DNA of 64,000 nt from an uncultured Gammaproteobacteria bacterium (GTDB lineage Bacteria; Patescibacteriota; Microgenomatia; Woykebacterales; RBG-16-39-9b), in contig OZ246414.1 in NCBI GenBank assembly GCA_965231125.1, positions 281,512 through 345,511 on the forward strand, in the 5' to 3' direction. Both the position numbers and the translations under genes were made by a program. Numbering within the stretch: the first letter of the stretch is position 1; each line of letters starts with the position of its first letter. The notes under the pieces were generated by a model that was not told the origin of the DNA, did no database searches, and worked only from the letters and a program-made list of their open reading frames with translations. Shown one piece after another: positions 27,662 through 35,990 of this stretch.

Positions 27662-28910
27662 TACTTATACAGCTGCCGAAAAATACGCCCGCCTGGAAAA
27701 AATAAATGAAATTTTTACTTATTTTATAATCGCCAGTGGCTTAATAATAATTCAGCTGCCGTTGCCGTTTGCGATAGACAAGAAGGTCATCTATTTTCTA
27801 TCAGTATCCGTTATCATTTTTAGTTTGGTTTGGCATAGAGTCCTGCCGAAAAAATATTCTGGCCTAAGGAAAAATTTTATCGAATCGATCGTTGATATTT
27901 CAGGAGTATTTTTGGTGACGCATTTCACTGGTGGGGTACACAGTTATTTTAACTTTCTCTATTTTCTTCCAATTCTATCCACCACGATTTACATGCCGCT
28001 TTCGCAGGTAATTACCGTCACATCGCTTTCCAGTGTTTTGATTTTAACTCAAGCTGCCTTTTCTTTCGGGCAAGAGGCGTTTGTGACCAATATTATTATC
28101 GCTACTACGCAGATATGGACGCTCTGGATAATATACGGGTACGGGAAATTCTTAACAGGAGAGATAACCGCCGCGAAAAGTCTGGAGGAAGATATAAAGC
28201 TGGAGGAAATCCGTCAGGTTGACAGATTAAAGGACGAATTTATTTTCATCGTTTCTCATGAGCTACGTAATCCAATAACGGCTATCCGGGGGTACTTAGA
28301 GATTTTGATCACCGGCGGCGCAGGTAAAATAGAAGCCAGATTAAAAGCTCTTTTAGAAAAAGCCTTTGTTGCTAGTAACAAGTTAGCAATATTGGTTAGC
28401 TTGCTTCTTGAGGTGGGCCGACTTGACACTGGTAAAATCCACTTTTTTATTCAGAAAGTTTCGGTTAAAGAAATTCTAGATAGAGTTTTATTTAACGAAA
28501 CTATTGAAGTTAGAAACAAAAATTTAGAAATTAAGATTAGCCTGGAAAAGGATTTGTCAGTGCGCTTTGATGCTGAAAGACTGGAGGAGATTTTAAGTAT
28601 TTTGGTGGGAAATGCTATTGCCTTCACTCCTGAGTTTGGAACAGTTGAGATAAAGGGCAAAAAGCTTGGTGAAAAGGTTGAAATAGCCGTTGTCGATAGT
28701 GGGGCTGGAATGTCGGAGGAAAAGAGAAAGAGGCTTTTTGAAGAGTTTTACACTGAAGATGCGGCTAGTGAAAAATCTATAAAAGGGACTAATGTTAGAA
28801 TGTACGTGATTAGAGAGATTTTAAAACGTATGCATGGAGATGTAAAAGCCGAAAGTAAGGTAGGCAAAGGCACAACTCTAACTATTACACTCCCCTCAGA
28901 TCAAACCTAA
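27654..28910 (+). CDS. Membrane sensor histidine kinase (tandem paralog)
   Basis: H-box SHELRNP and an HATPase region. Same architecture as the upstream kinase. Confidence 0.7.
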   Translation: MNNTYTAAEKYARLEKINEIFTYFIIASGLIIIQLPLPFAIDKKVIYFLSVSVIIFSLVWHRVLPKKYSGLRKNFIESIVDISGVFLVTHFTGGVHSYFNFLYFLPILSTTIYMPLSQVITVTSLSSVLILTQAAFSFGQEAFVTNIIIATTQIWTLWIIYGYGKFLTGEITAAKSLEEDIKLEEIRQVDRLKDEFIFIVSHELRNPITAIRGYLEILITGGAGKIEARLKALLEKAFVASNKLAILVSLLLEVGRLDTGKIHFFIQKVSVKEILDRVLFNETIEVRNKNLEIKISLEKDLSVRFDAERLEEILSILVGNAIAFTPEFGTVEIKGKKLGEKVEIAVVDSGAGMSEEKRKRLFEEFYTEDAASEKSIKGTNVRMYVIREILKRMHGDVKAESKVGKGTTLTITLPSDQT

Positions 28911-28912
28911 TT

Positions 28913-29851
28913 CTACTTTAGATTTTCTTTTAAGAAAGAAAATACCTCGTTTCTCCAAAGGTCTGGATCTGTTCTGTAGGTTGCTATGTGAGGAGCATTT
29001 TTAAAAACCACAAATTTACTTGGCGGGTGGGCGGCCGCGACTTTTGCTCCGTCGGGTGCAAAAAAGGTTTCATCTTTTTCACCGTGGAAAAAAAGCATGG
29101 GTATATCCGGAATTTCGGCGACTTTGTCTATCGGGTTTATCACGCTTAAGTCCAGACCATAAAGTCTTTTGGCAATAAATAAAGCAAAAGGTGTAACGAA
29201 AGTAGGCACATGTTTTTCAATCCAAAGTCGCCGCACAAAGACAGGCTCAAAACGAGTCGGCACTGAATCTATCACCAAAGCGCCAACTTTACCGGTAAGG
29301 TTTCTCCCTGCCATTAAAGTTGAAATTGCCCCGGCGGAATTAGCGACAATCGCCACCCTCTCACTTTTGTAATCTTTAGATTTTACAAAATCTACTGCTG
29401 CCATTACGTCATTACTCTCATTTTGGCCATAAGTCGTTGCTTTACCATCCGAAGCGCCATGGCCTCGCAAATCGAACGTTAACACCGAGTAACCCTCGGC
29501 AAGCAAATCCCGAGCCAGTGGAACAAAATAGTAGTTACGATCATGGCGGTTTTGAGTAAGCCCGTGGACTAGAATAACAACTCTCCCTCCTTTAGGAAAA
29601 AACCACCCTCGTAGGGTTAGTTGATCTGCGGTTTTGAAAGAAACATCTTGGTAGTCTTTGGATATAAGACTGGGGCTTACTTCTATTCCGGGAAATCTTT
29701 GGTGGGAAACTGCGTAAGCAACGTAAAAACCAGCTCCCAAATAAATTACCAAAAGAATAAGAAATACAAAAAATACTAATTTCAAAAGACCCATTAATAA
29801 AAGTTTAACAGATTTTAAACCAGGCTGAAACCAGAAGCCAGTTGGAAACAT
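28913..29851 (-). CDS. Alpha/beta hydrolase with N-terminal membrane anchor
   Basis: Nucleophile-elbow variant VANSAGA, an HGL oxyanion region, and a C-terminal His. Confidence 0.65.
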   Translation of the reverse strand: MFPTGFWFQPGLKSVKLLLMGLLKLVFFVFLILLVIYLGAGFYVAYAVSHQRFPGIEVSPSLISKDYQDVSFKTADQLTLRGWFFPKGGRVVILVHGLTQNRHDRNYYFVPLARDLLAEGYSVLTFDLRGHGASDGKATTYGQNESNDVMAAVDFVKSKDYKSERVAIVANSAGAISTLMAGRNLTGKVGALVIDSVPTRFEPVFVRRLWIEKHVPTFVTPFALFIAKRLYGLDLSVINPIDKVAEIPDIPMLFFHGEKDETFFAPDGAKVAAAHPPSKFVVFKNAPHIATYRTDPDLWRNEVFSFLKENLK

Positions 29852-29998
29852 CTCTGAGCTAGGTAAAAAGCCGCTTAGCGCAGATTGATAACGTCATGTC
29901 CTTAGTTCAAGATAATAGCCGTTAGGCTATTCTTGAACGCAAGACACGCAGTAGCCAATTTCTGGTAGGAAATATCAGCTACGAGTGTCTTATAGTTC

Positions 29999-30027
29999 TT
30001 GACAATTAGCTTTGTTTGTGCTATAAT
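29999..30027 (+). promoter_or_regulatory. Strong sigma70-type promoter for the DGR target gene
   Basis: TTGACA (29999-30004), a 17-nt spacer, then extended -10 TGcTATAAT (30019-30027). Start codon about 70 nt downstream, preceded by AAGGAGAGGAGGG. Confidence 0.5.
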
Positions 30028-30095
30028 CTCGAGTATCGGCAAGCGCAACTTTCCGTAAGGAAAGGAGCTTTCAAGAAAGGAGAGGAGGGACACCC

Positions 30096-30941
30096 GTGGT
30101 TATACGGACACCCCAAACTCTAATAGATCTGAGAGTCTTGGACCTGGTAGGCCCACCAATGGCAGGGCTTCCTGAAGAGGTGCTTAAGCATCATCTCAGG
30201 AATCTCGAGCCGATTCATTGGGCGATCGGAGAAGTCGCCAGAAGTATGAGACTGGGTGAAGTCGATCGCCAGCAACTCAGAATGGTCCTCCAAGGGATCA
30301 GACTGCCGGCTCCGACGATAGTTATCCCCGAAGCACAGCTTCCCGCAAACGACCCGCTCCGGCAAGTGTTCCCGACCGGCGGTTGGTACATGAAGTGCCC
30401 GCCCGGAATCGATCTGGTTCTGCTCCACCAGAGCGTCGGCCAGTTCGGGGCAGATGTGCGTTTCTACCGGCAGAACGATTCGGATCCGTGGTTTCTTAAG
30501 AGCTACGGAGAATGGTCGCCAGAGGGTAAGGGAAGTGAAGTGCAGCGGCTCACCACCCACTCGTGCCACCTCTTCATCCCAGACCCTTCGCAGTGGCTGT
30601 TCCCAGACAGCAAGGGCCTGCGTCGTGACGATTGCCTGCAGATGCAGCGCGAGTTCGAGAAGAAGTTGCCAGACGGTCGGACTTGTCCGGAACCGTCACT
30701 GGAGACTTTGGCTCTCGCGGCTTTCGAGTACCATCGGCAGCATCCGAGCCAGTGGCCACTTCGTGGCCCTAACTACGCCCGTTGCGCCAATCGCTTCGGC
30801 CGGGGTGGCTGGCTCGACGGTGGTGGCTTCGATCCGCGCGGTTTCGGCGTCAGCGGCTGGGGCGGGCTCGGCGGTGGCAATCTCGGTGCCTTGCGCTGGG
30901 TAGTGTGGTACGACGAAGAGGAGGCAGAGCAGGCCGCCTAG
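30096..30941 (+). CDS. DGR target (variable) protein; the C-terminal region carries the VR
   Basis: GTG start. Markedly GC-rich compared with the flanks. Its last ~40 codons (…GWLDGGGFDPRGFGVSGWGGLGGGNLGALRWVVW…) align to the TR with adenine-specific differences. Confidence 0.7.
   Translation: MVIRTPQTLIDLRVLDLVGPPMAGLPEEVLKHHLRNLEPIHWAIGEVARSMRLGEVDRQQLRMVLQGIRLPAPTIVIPEAQLPANDPLRQVFPTGGWYMKCPPGIDLVLLHQSVGQFGADVRFYRQNDSDPWFLKSYGEWSPEGKGSEVQRLTTHSCHLFIPDPSQWLFPDSKGLRRDDCLQMQREFEKKLPDGRTCPEPSLETLALAAFEYHRQHPSQWPLRGPNYARCANRFGRGGWLDGGGFDPRGFGVSGWGGLGGGNLGALRWVVWYDEEEAEQAA
30791..30906 (+). repeat. DGR variable region (VR)
   Basis: 116 bp, gapless alignment to the TR at 31759-31874 with 22 mismatches, all at TR adenines. 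The 3' 29 bp (CAATCTCGGTGCCTTGCGCTGGGTAGTGT) is identical and GC-rich, resembling an initiation-of-mutagenic-homing (IMH) element. Confidence 0.85.
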
Positions 30942-31016
30942 CTCTCGGACCTGGAAAACTTGGACCTTCTGGAATCTTGGTCCTTGGTTCCTTCGCCCGC
31001 AGAAAAAGATTCCAAC

Positions 31017-31066
31017 CCGACCCCGTTTCTCAAACACGTTGCGAGAAACGGGGTCTTTCTTTTCTC
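31017..31066 (+). terminator. Strong bidirectional hairpin terminator
   Basis: 13-bp perfect stem GACCCCGTTTCTC / GAGAAACGGGGTC followed by TTTCTTTTCTCTC. It lies between the convergent target and GIY-YIG genes. Confidence 0.55.
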
Positions 31067-31069
31067 TCG

Positions 31070-31366
31070 TTATTCTGGCTTGTCCAGAATCTGTCCGTAC
31101 AAATCTTTGAAATTAGGATTAAACTTCTTTATCATCTTAATCTTATCTATTCGGTTCATGTCCTTAATTTGTTTCTCTCTGATGATTGCTTGGTTAATAT
31201 TGGTAAGAATTTCAAAGTAAACTAGTTTGTACAGGTTGTATTTTGCAGTGAAACCTTTTGCAACATGGTTTTTGTGTTGCCAAACACGTTTTACTAAATT
31301 ACTAGTTACACCTGTATAAAGTGTTGGTCTATCATTGGCCATTATGTAAATATAACCAGGGTTCAT
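31070..31366 (-). CDS. GIY-YIG nuclease family protein
   Basis: Begins GYIYIM...LYTGVTSNLVKRVWQHK. A short free-standing URI domain sitting inside the DGR cassette. Confidence 0.75.
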   Translation of the reverse strand: MNPGYIYIMANDRPTLYTGVTSNLVKRVWQHKNHVAKGFTAKYNLYKLVYFEILTNINQAIIREKQIKDMNRIDKIKMIKKFNPNFKDLYGQILDKPE

Positions 31367-31512
31367 CCGGCTAATTATAAAAGATTCTGGATGCGTTCTG
31401 TGAGACAGAACTTACCAGAATGACTTGCGATGAAAAAACGTCACTCTGGCTTGACCAGAGTCTTTTTGAGAAAGATTCTCCGAGTCAGTAACACTTTTCC
31501 ATAATGACAAAG

Positions 31513-31521
31513 TGGTATAAT
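31513..31521 (+). promoter_or_regulatory. Candidate extended -10 promoter (TGgTATAAT) that could drive the TR transcript
   Basis: About 240 nt upstream of the TR on the TR strand, with no clear -35. Confidence 0.25.
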
Positions 31522-31758
31522 TCTCGTGGAGACAAGTTTAAGTATCAGCGGTCAAGGCTTCTGGTCGCTTTTCTCTCTACAATCTCCTTTAGTCCGGAAC
31601 TCTAAACGACTAAGGTCATTAGAGGTGTGATAAAGATTGCTAGACACTCCTTGCCTTTTCCTAGATCCCCCTACGCTAAAAGCTGCGGTGGGACGATAAA
31701 ATTCAATCCCTAGAAGTTTTCAAAGGATGGTGGGTGCTAGAAGGGAAAGGGCAACATT

Positions 31759-31874
31759 TCGCTACGGCCAGAGTAACTGGCTCAACGGTGGTAACTTCGA
31801 TCCGAACGGTTTCAACGTCAACAACTGGGACGAGAACGGCAATGACAATCTCGGTGCCTTGCGCTGGGTAGTGT
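31759..31874 (+). repeat. DGR template region (TR)
   Basis: Adenine-rich (28 A in 116 bp, many as AAC codons). 22 of those A positions are substituted in the VR. The ORF-track entry at 31727-31927 is an artefact of the TR. Confidence 0.85.
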
Positions 31875-31891
31875 CTAGAGGAAAAAGACGT

Positions 31892-32275
31892 CTAGGTGGT
31901 TTTGGCTTGTTTGATCCAGCCACCTAGCATCTTACCGATCTCTATTAAGAGATTCTCAAAAGAGAGATATTTTTGTTGATTGATTGCTCTAGTCTCAAAG
32001 GAGAGGCGCAATAGTATTTTTAAAACGTCCAGTTTGGCTGAGGCTCTTTCCAGGTAAACAAGTTTTTCGTTTTTACTCTTATAGCCTGCAAGTAGAACCA
32101 ATTCGAGAATTTCTAGGTTTAGGTCTGCACATTTTTGACCTACAGTGTAGCGATCTTGCCGAGGAAAATGTTTGAGAGCTTCGTGAAGGTTTTTATAAAA
32201 ATCGTAGGTCTTCTGAAATATGGGAATATCTAAATTACTTGAGTGGGGGGGGTCGAGTTGAAAACCTTTACTCAT
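31892..32275 (-). CDS. avd: DGR accessory variability determinant (Avd-like four-helix-bundle protein)
   Basis: 127 aa with the helix-pair pattern typical of four-helix-bundle proteins. Lies between the TR and the RT, on the opposite strand. Confidence 0.7.
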   Translation of the reverse strand: MSKGFQLDPPHSSNLDIPIFQKTYDFYKNLHEALKHFPRQDRYTVGQKCADLNLEILELVLLAGYKSKNEKLVYLERASAKLDVLKILLRLSFETRAINQQKYLSFENLLIEIGKMLGGWIKQAKTT

Positions 32276-33382
32276 CTTAGCTTTCTTAAGCGCCGAGCGC
32301 GTAGCGATCTATACAAGAAGGTTATCTCACTTCCCAATCTTTTTCAAGCTTGGGATGAGTTTAAGAAGGGGAAAAGAAAAAAGATTGATGTTGGAGAATT
32401 TGAGAGACATCTGGAAGACAATATTTTTGAACTGCGTCGGGAGTTGTTGACTAAAACCTACCGACACTCCTCTTACACCGGTTTTTACATTACCGATCCC
32501 AAAGTCCGCCATATCCACAAAGCGATTGTTCGCGACCGAATTGTTCACCACGCCCTATTCAAAGTTCTCAATCCCATCTTTGAACCTACTTTCATTTCTG
32601 ATTCTTTCTCTTGCCGAAAGGGATATGGAACTCATAAAGGATTTAAGAAGTTGGTTGTCTATGCCCGAAAAGTTAGCAAGAATTACACCCAAGATGGTTG
32701 GGCTTTAAAATGCGATGTAAAAAAGTTTTTTGACAGTGTTAATCATAAAGTTTTGCTAGAAATAATTAAAAGAAAGATTAAAGAAAAAGATCTGCTCTGG
32801 TTACTGGAAGAAATAGTTGGAAGTTTCTGCACTTGTCATTCTGAGGTAAAACCGAAGAATCTGAGATCCTTCGCTAATGCTCAGGATGACGATTATTGTA
32901 AAGGTATTCCCATTGGGAATCTGACTAGCCAACTCTTCGCCAACGTTTATCTTAATGAGCTAGACCAGTTTGTCAAAAACGAATTAAAGGCTAGATACTA
33001 TATCCGCTACGCTGATGATCTCCTTATCTTAATCGAAAACACAAAGGGTTTAGTCCAATATACTGGTATATTGGACAAGTTTCTTGAGGACAGGTTAAAA
33101 TTGGAACTGCATCCAAACAAAATTTCCTTGAGGAAACTGCCTTGGGGAGTCGATTTTGTTGGTTATATCGCTTTACCACATTATCAAGTTTTGAGAACCA
33201 AGACTAAAAGAAGAATTTATCGAAAGATTCGAGAAAGGATTTTTAGTTACAATGCAAAAAACATTAACTACGAATCCTTAAACCAATCCATCCAGTCTTA
33301 CTTGGGGATTTTGAAGCACGCTAATACACATAAGTTAGAACAGAATTTAAGAAATCAAATATATTTTTGGTTAACGGCTTAA
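32243..33382 (+). CDS. DGR reverse transcriptase
   Basis: RT motifs including the DGR-specific IGNLTSQLFANVYL (SQ in place of QG) and the YADD box (YIRYADDLLIL). About 375 aa with no maturase or endonuclease domain. The start is GTG 32243 or TTG 32258. Confidence 0.85.
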   Translation: MGGVELKTFTHLSFLKRRARSDLYKKVISLPNLFQAWDEFKKGKRKKIDVGEFERHLEDNIFELRRELLTKTYRHSSYTGFYITDPKVRHIHKAIVRDRIVHHALFKVLNPIFEPTFISDSFSCRKGYGTHKGFKKLVVYARKVSKNYTQDGWALKCDVKKFFDSVNHKVLLEIIKRKIKEKDLLWLLEEIVGSFCTCHSEVKPKNLRSFANAQDDDYCKGIPIGNLTSQLFANVYLNELDQFVKNELKARYYIRYADDLLILIENTKGLVQYTGILDKFLEDRLKLELHPNKISLRKLPWGVDFVGYIALPHYQVLRTKTKRRIYRKIRERIFSYNAKNINYESLNQSIQSYLGILKHANTHKLEQNLRNQIYFWLTA

Positions 33383-33428
33383 AAATATTAATTCAACCAA
33401 AGGTTAATTTTGTTATATAATAGATCAA

Positions 33429-34037
33429 GTGATAAAAGCCCTTATTTTCGATGCCGGTGGAGTTCTTTTTAATAGTGGTGAGGCCCTTTTTAAGGGCCCC
33501 GTCGAATATATTAGCCAGGTTACCAGCCAGGATTTTGTAAAAGTGGACAAGGCGTACCGGGAAACGATTGTGGAATGCGAGAGTCGGCCGATAGATAAAG
33601 AGGGGTTGTGGGATTTGTTAATGAGTAAATTGGGAAAGGATATTCCTTTTTCAGGACAAGATCCGATAGCCGATGGGTTTAAAAGATTTAGACGTTTTAA
33701 TGAAGTATTTACTCTTATTGAAAAGCTCAAACTGAATTACAAAGTTGCCGTTGTCTCGAATGCCAATGCCGTCGAGGCCTCCACACGGGAGGCGCAAGGT
33801 ATGTATAAATACTTTGATGTTGTAGTTCTGTCGTTTCAGGTAGGGGTAAGGAAACCACACCCAAAAATTTATGAGACAGCATTTGAAAAACTTGAAGCAC
33901 GTCCGGAAGAAACTGTTTTTATCGATAACGCCCCCGTAAATGTTGAAGAGGCAAAAAAGCTTGGGATGATTGGGGTTTTGTTTGTCGATGCAAGCGAGCT
34001 GGCTAAAGATTTAAATCAGGTTGGTATTAGGTTTTAA
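33429..34037 (+). CDS. HAD-superfamily hydrolase (subfamily IA-like)
   Basis: Motif I IFDAGGVL, motif II VSNA, motif III/IV K...IDN. Confidence 0.7.
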   Translation: MIKALIFDAGGVLFNSGEALFKGPVEYISQVTSQDFVKVDKAYRETIVECESRPIDKEGLWDLLMSKLGKDIPFSGQDPIADGFKRFRRFNEVFTLIEKLKLNYKVAVVSNANAVEASTREAQGMYKYFDVVVLSFQVGVRKPHPKIYETAFEKLEARPEETVFIDNAPVNVEEAKKLGMIGVLFVDASELAKDLNQVGIRF

Positions 34038-34072
34038 TTTTGATATTATGTAGTTAGTTGTTTAGTTAAACT

Positions 34073-35032
34073 ATGGAAAAAGTTTACGTAACTCGTCCCA
34101 TTCCAGAAATTGGGTTAGATCTTTTGAAAGATAGGTTTAATGTTGAAGTGAACCTAGAAGATAAAGTCCTTTCCAAAGAGGAGTTGAAGAAGGCTGTTGC
34201 TGGCGCGGATGCCATCCTTTGTCTTTTGACAGACAAAATTGATGGGGAGGTTTTAGATGCAGCCGGGCCCTCGCTTAAAATAGTCGCAAATTACGCAGTT
34301 GGCTTTGACAACATTGATTTGGGGGCCGCTAAAAGTCGAAATGTATTAGTTACAAATACCCCAGGAGTTTTAACCGAAGCAGTTGCTGAACACGCTATCA
34401 CCCTCATCCTTTCTTGTGCAAAAAGTATAGCTGCCGCCGATAGATTTGTCCGAGACGGAAAGTATACGCAGTGGGAACCCAAGGGGTTTCTCGGTCCTCA
34501 GGTTTCCGGTAAAACACTTGGCATTGTCGGTTTGGGCAGAATTGGTTCAATGGTAGCATCAATTGCCCACGCCGGTTTGAAAATGAATATTCTTTATCAC
34601 GATCTCAAAAGGAACGAAGAATTCGAAAAGGAAGTTTCTGCAAAATACGGGGAGTTAACTGAAGTTCTTAGGTCTTCCGATTTTGTTTCTATCCACGTGC
34701 CTCTCTCGCCGACAACGCACCATTTGATAAATGCAGACAACCTGTCTTTGATGAAGAAGGGAGCCGTTTTGGTTAACACTTCGCGCGGGGCGGTTATCGA
34801 TGAAAAAGCTTTGGTTGATCATCTAAAGAATAAACAGATTTGGGCTGCGGGTCTTGATGTTTTTGAAAATGAACCGGCTCTTACCCCAGGACTTACCGAG
34901 CTACCAAATGTTATTCTCACACCTCATACTGCGAGCGCCACTTTTGAAGCTCGAGACGCGATGAGCAAGGTGGCCGCAGAAAATATTATCGCCGCTCTTT
35001 CCGGGAAAACTCCAGCAAATTTAGCCGAATGA
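34073..35032 (+). CDS. D-isomer-specific 2-hydroxyacid dehydrogenase (glyoxylate/hydroxypyruvate reductase-like)
   Basis: NAD-binding GIVGLGRIGSMVA, and catalytic R/E/H (NTSRG...TPH). Confidence 0.85.
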   Translation: MEKVYVTRPIPEIGLDLLKDRFNVEVNLEDKVLSKEELKKAVAGADAILCLLTDKIDGEVLDAAGPSLKIVANYAVGFDNIDLGAAKSRNVLVTNTPGVLTEAVAEHAITLILSCAKSIAAADRFVRDGKYTQWEPKGFLGPQVSGKTLGIVGLGRIGSMVASIAHAGLKMNILYHDLKRNEEFEKEVSAKYGELTEVLRSSDFVSIHVPLSPTTHHLINADNLSLMKKGAVLVNTSRGAVIDEKALVDHLKNKQIWAAGLDVFENEPALTPGLTELPNVILTPHTASATFEARDAMSKVAAENIIAALSGKTPANLAE

Positions 35033-35042
35033 TCTAAAGTTT

Positions 35043-35435
35043 CTAAAAGATTAATTTGAGAAGATGAGGGATAAATAAAAGCATACCTAAGACGAGCGAA
35101 AAAATTGATATCAATAACACAAAAGCAGCCGAAACGTCTTTAGTAAGTTTGGCTTTTGGTAAAAATTTCTCTTCTGTAACTAAATCTACAAGTAGTTCAA
35201 TAACGGTGTTTAAAAGCTCAGCGGTTAATACAAGACAAATAGTTAGCAGAAGCACCAACCACTCGGTCCTTGAAAAATTAAGTAGCAAAGCCAGTATAAT
35301 TACGAACAGCCCAAAAACCAGTTGCCGGCGAAAATTTTTTTCCCGGCGAAGAGCGTGAAGAAGGCCACTGCCGGCGTATTTAAAACTACTTACTTTCAAT
35401 AGTGTTTGTCTATCTTTGTAACTTCCTTCGTTCAC
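35043..35435 (-). CDS. dgkA: Diacylglycerol kinase family protein
   Basis: Prokaryotic DAGK pattern E.LNT.IE...D.......AK..KD..AA.V with three transmembrane helices. Confidence 0.65.
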   Translation of the reverse strand: MNEGSYKDRQTLLKVSSFKYAGSGLLHALRREKNFRRQLVFGLFVIILALLLNFSRTEWLVLLLTICLVLTAELLNTVIELLVDLVTEEKFLPKAKLTKDVSAAFVLLISIFSLVLGMLLFIPHLLKLIF

Positions 35436-35489
35436 AATTTAAGGATATTATCAATAAGTAATTAAATGCAAATTATAGTTGGGTGAGAA

Positions 35490-35990
35490 TTAGCGACTTA
35501 CACTAATCGTTGGAGGGCTGCCTTGGCCGTTTGGATCTTCAGCATTTGGTGCAGACACTGTCACTCTGTTCGCCGAGTTTTTCTTAACTGAGTAACCAGT
35601 ATCGTAAGGACTACTGCAGGTAGTGTAAGTGAAACCGCCACTTGGTAGTGGATCTGTTGGCAGCGCTGATAGGTAGGTTGGTACTAGATCAGAACAAATA
35701 TCTGCTCCGGTGTTGCTGACTACTGCGGAGGTTGTGGCGATGCCAGTCGGCAGTCGACCGTTTTCAGAATAAAATTGGCCAACTGCATTTAATAAGGCTA
35801 AAGCATCAGATCTTCGTTGGGTATTTCGCGCTAAAATAAATTGTCTTGGTGGGTTAACGGCGATTAAAACAATTGCGAGCAAAATAGCCAAAATTCCGAT
35901 TACAACTAAAAGTTCTATCAGGGTGAAACCTACCTGAGATTTTTTGTGAGAGGATTTTTTACTTGGGTTTGTTAAGGGCAGAAACATCAC
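35490..35990 (-). CDS. Type IV pilin (prepilin-type N-terminal cleavage/methylation domain)
   Basis: Class III signal: G, then FTLIELLVVIGILAIL. Confidence 0.75.
   Translation of the reverse strand: MMFLPLTNPSKKSSHKKSQVGFTLIELLVVIGILAILLAIVLIAVNPPRQFILARNTQRRSDALALLNAVGQFYSENGRLPTGIATTSAVVSNTGADICSDLVPTYLSALPTDPLPSGGFTYTTCSSPYDTGYSVKKNSANRVTVSAPNAEDPNGQGSPPTISVSR

Noticed and set aside
30120-31225. Multiple overlapping ORFs on both strands (30120-30569 minus, 30454-30903 plus, 30574-30759 minus, 30696-31037 minus, 30782-31225 plus, 30960-31220 plus)
   Set aside because: Artefacts of the GC-rich target gene, which leaves open frames on both strands, and of AT-rich spacer. They sit inside or antisense to the much better supported DGR target and GIY-YIG genes.
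31727-31927. 66-aa ORF covering the template repeat
   Set aside because: It is the TR of the DGR. Its apparent coding capacity just mirrors the VR reading frame.
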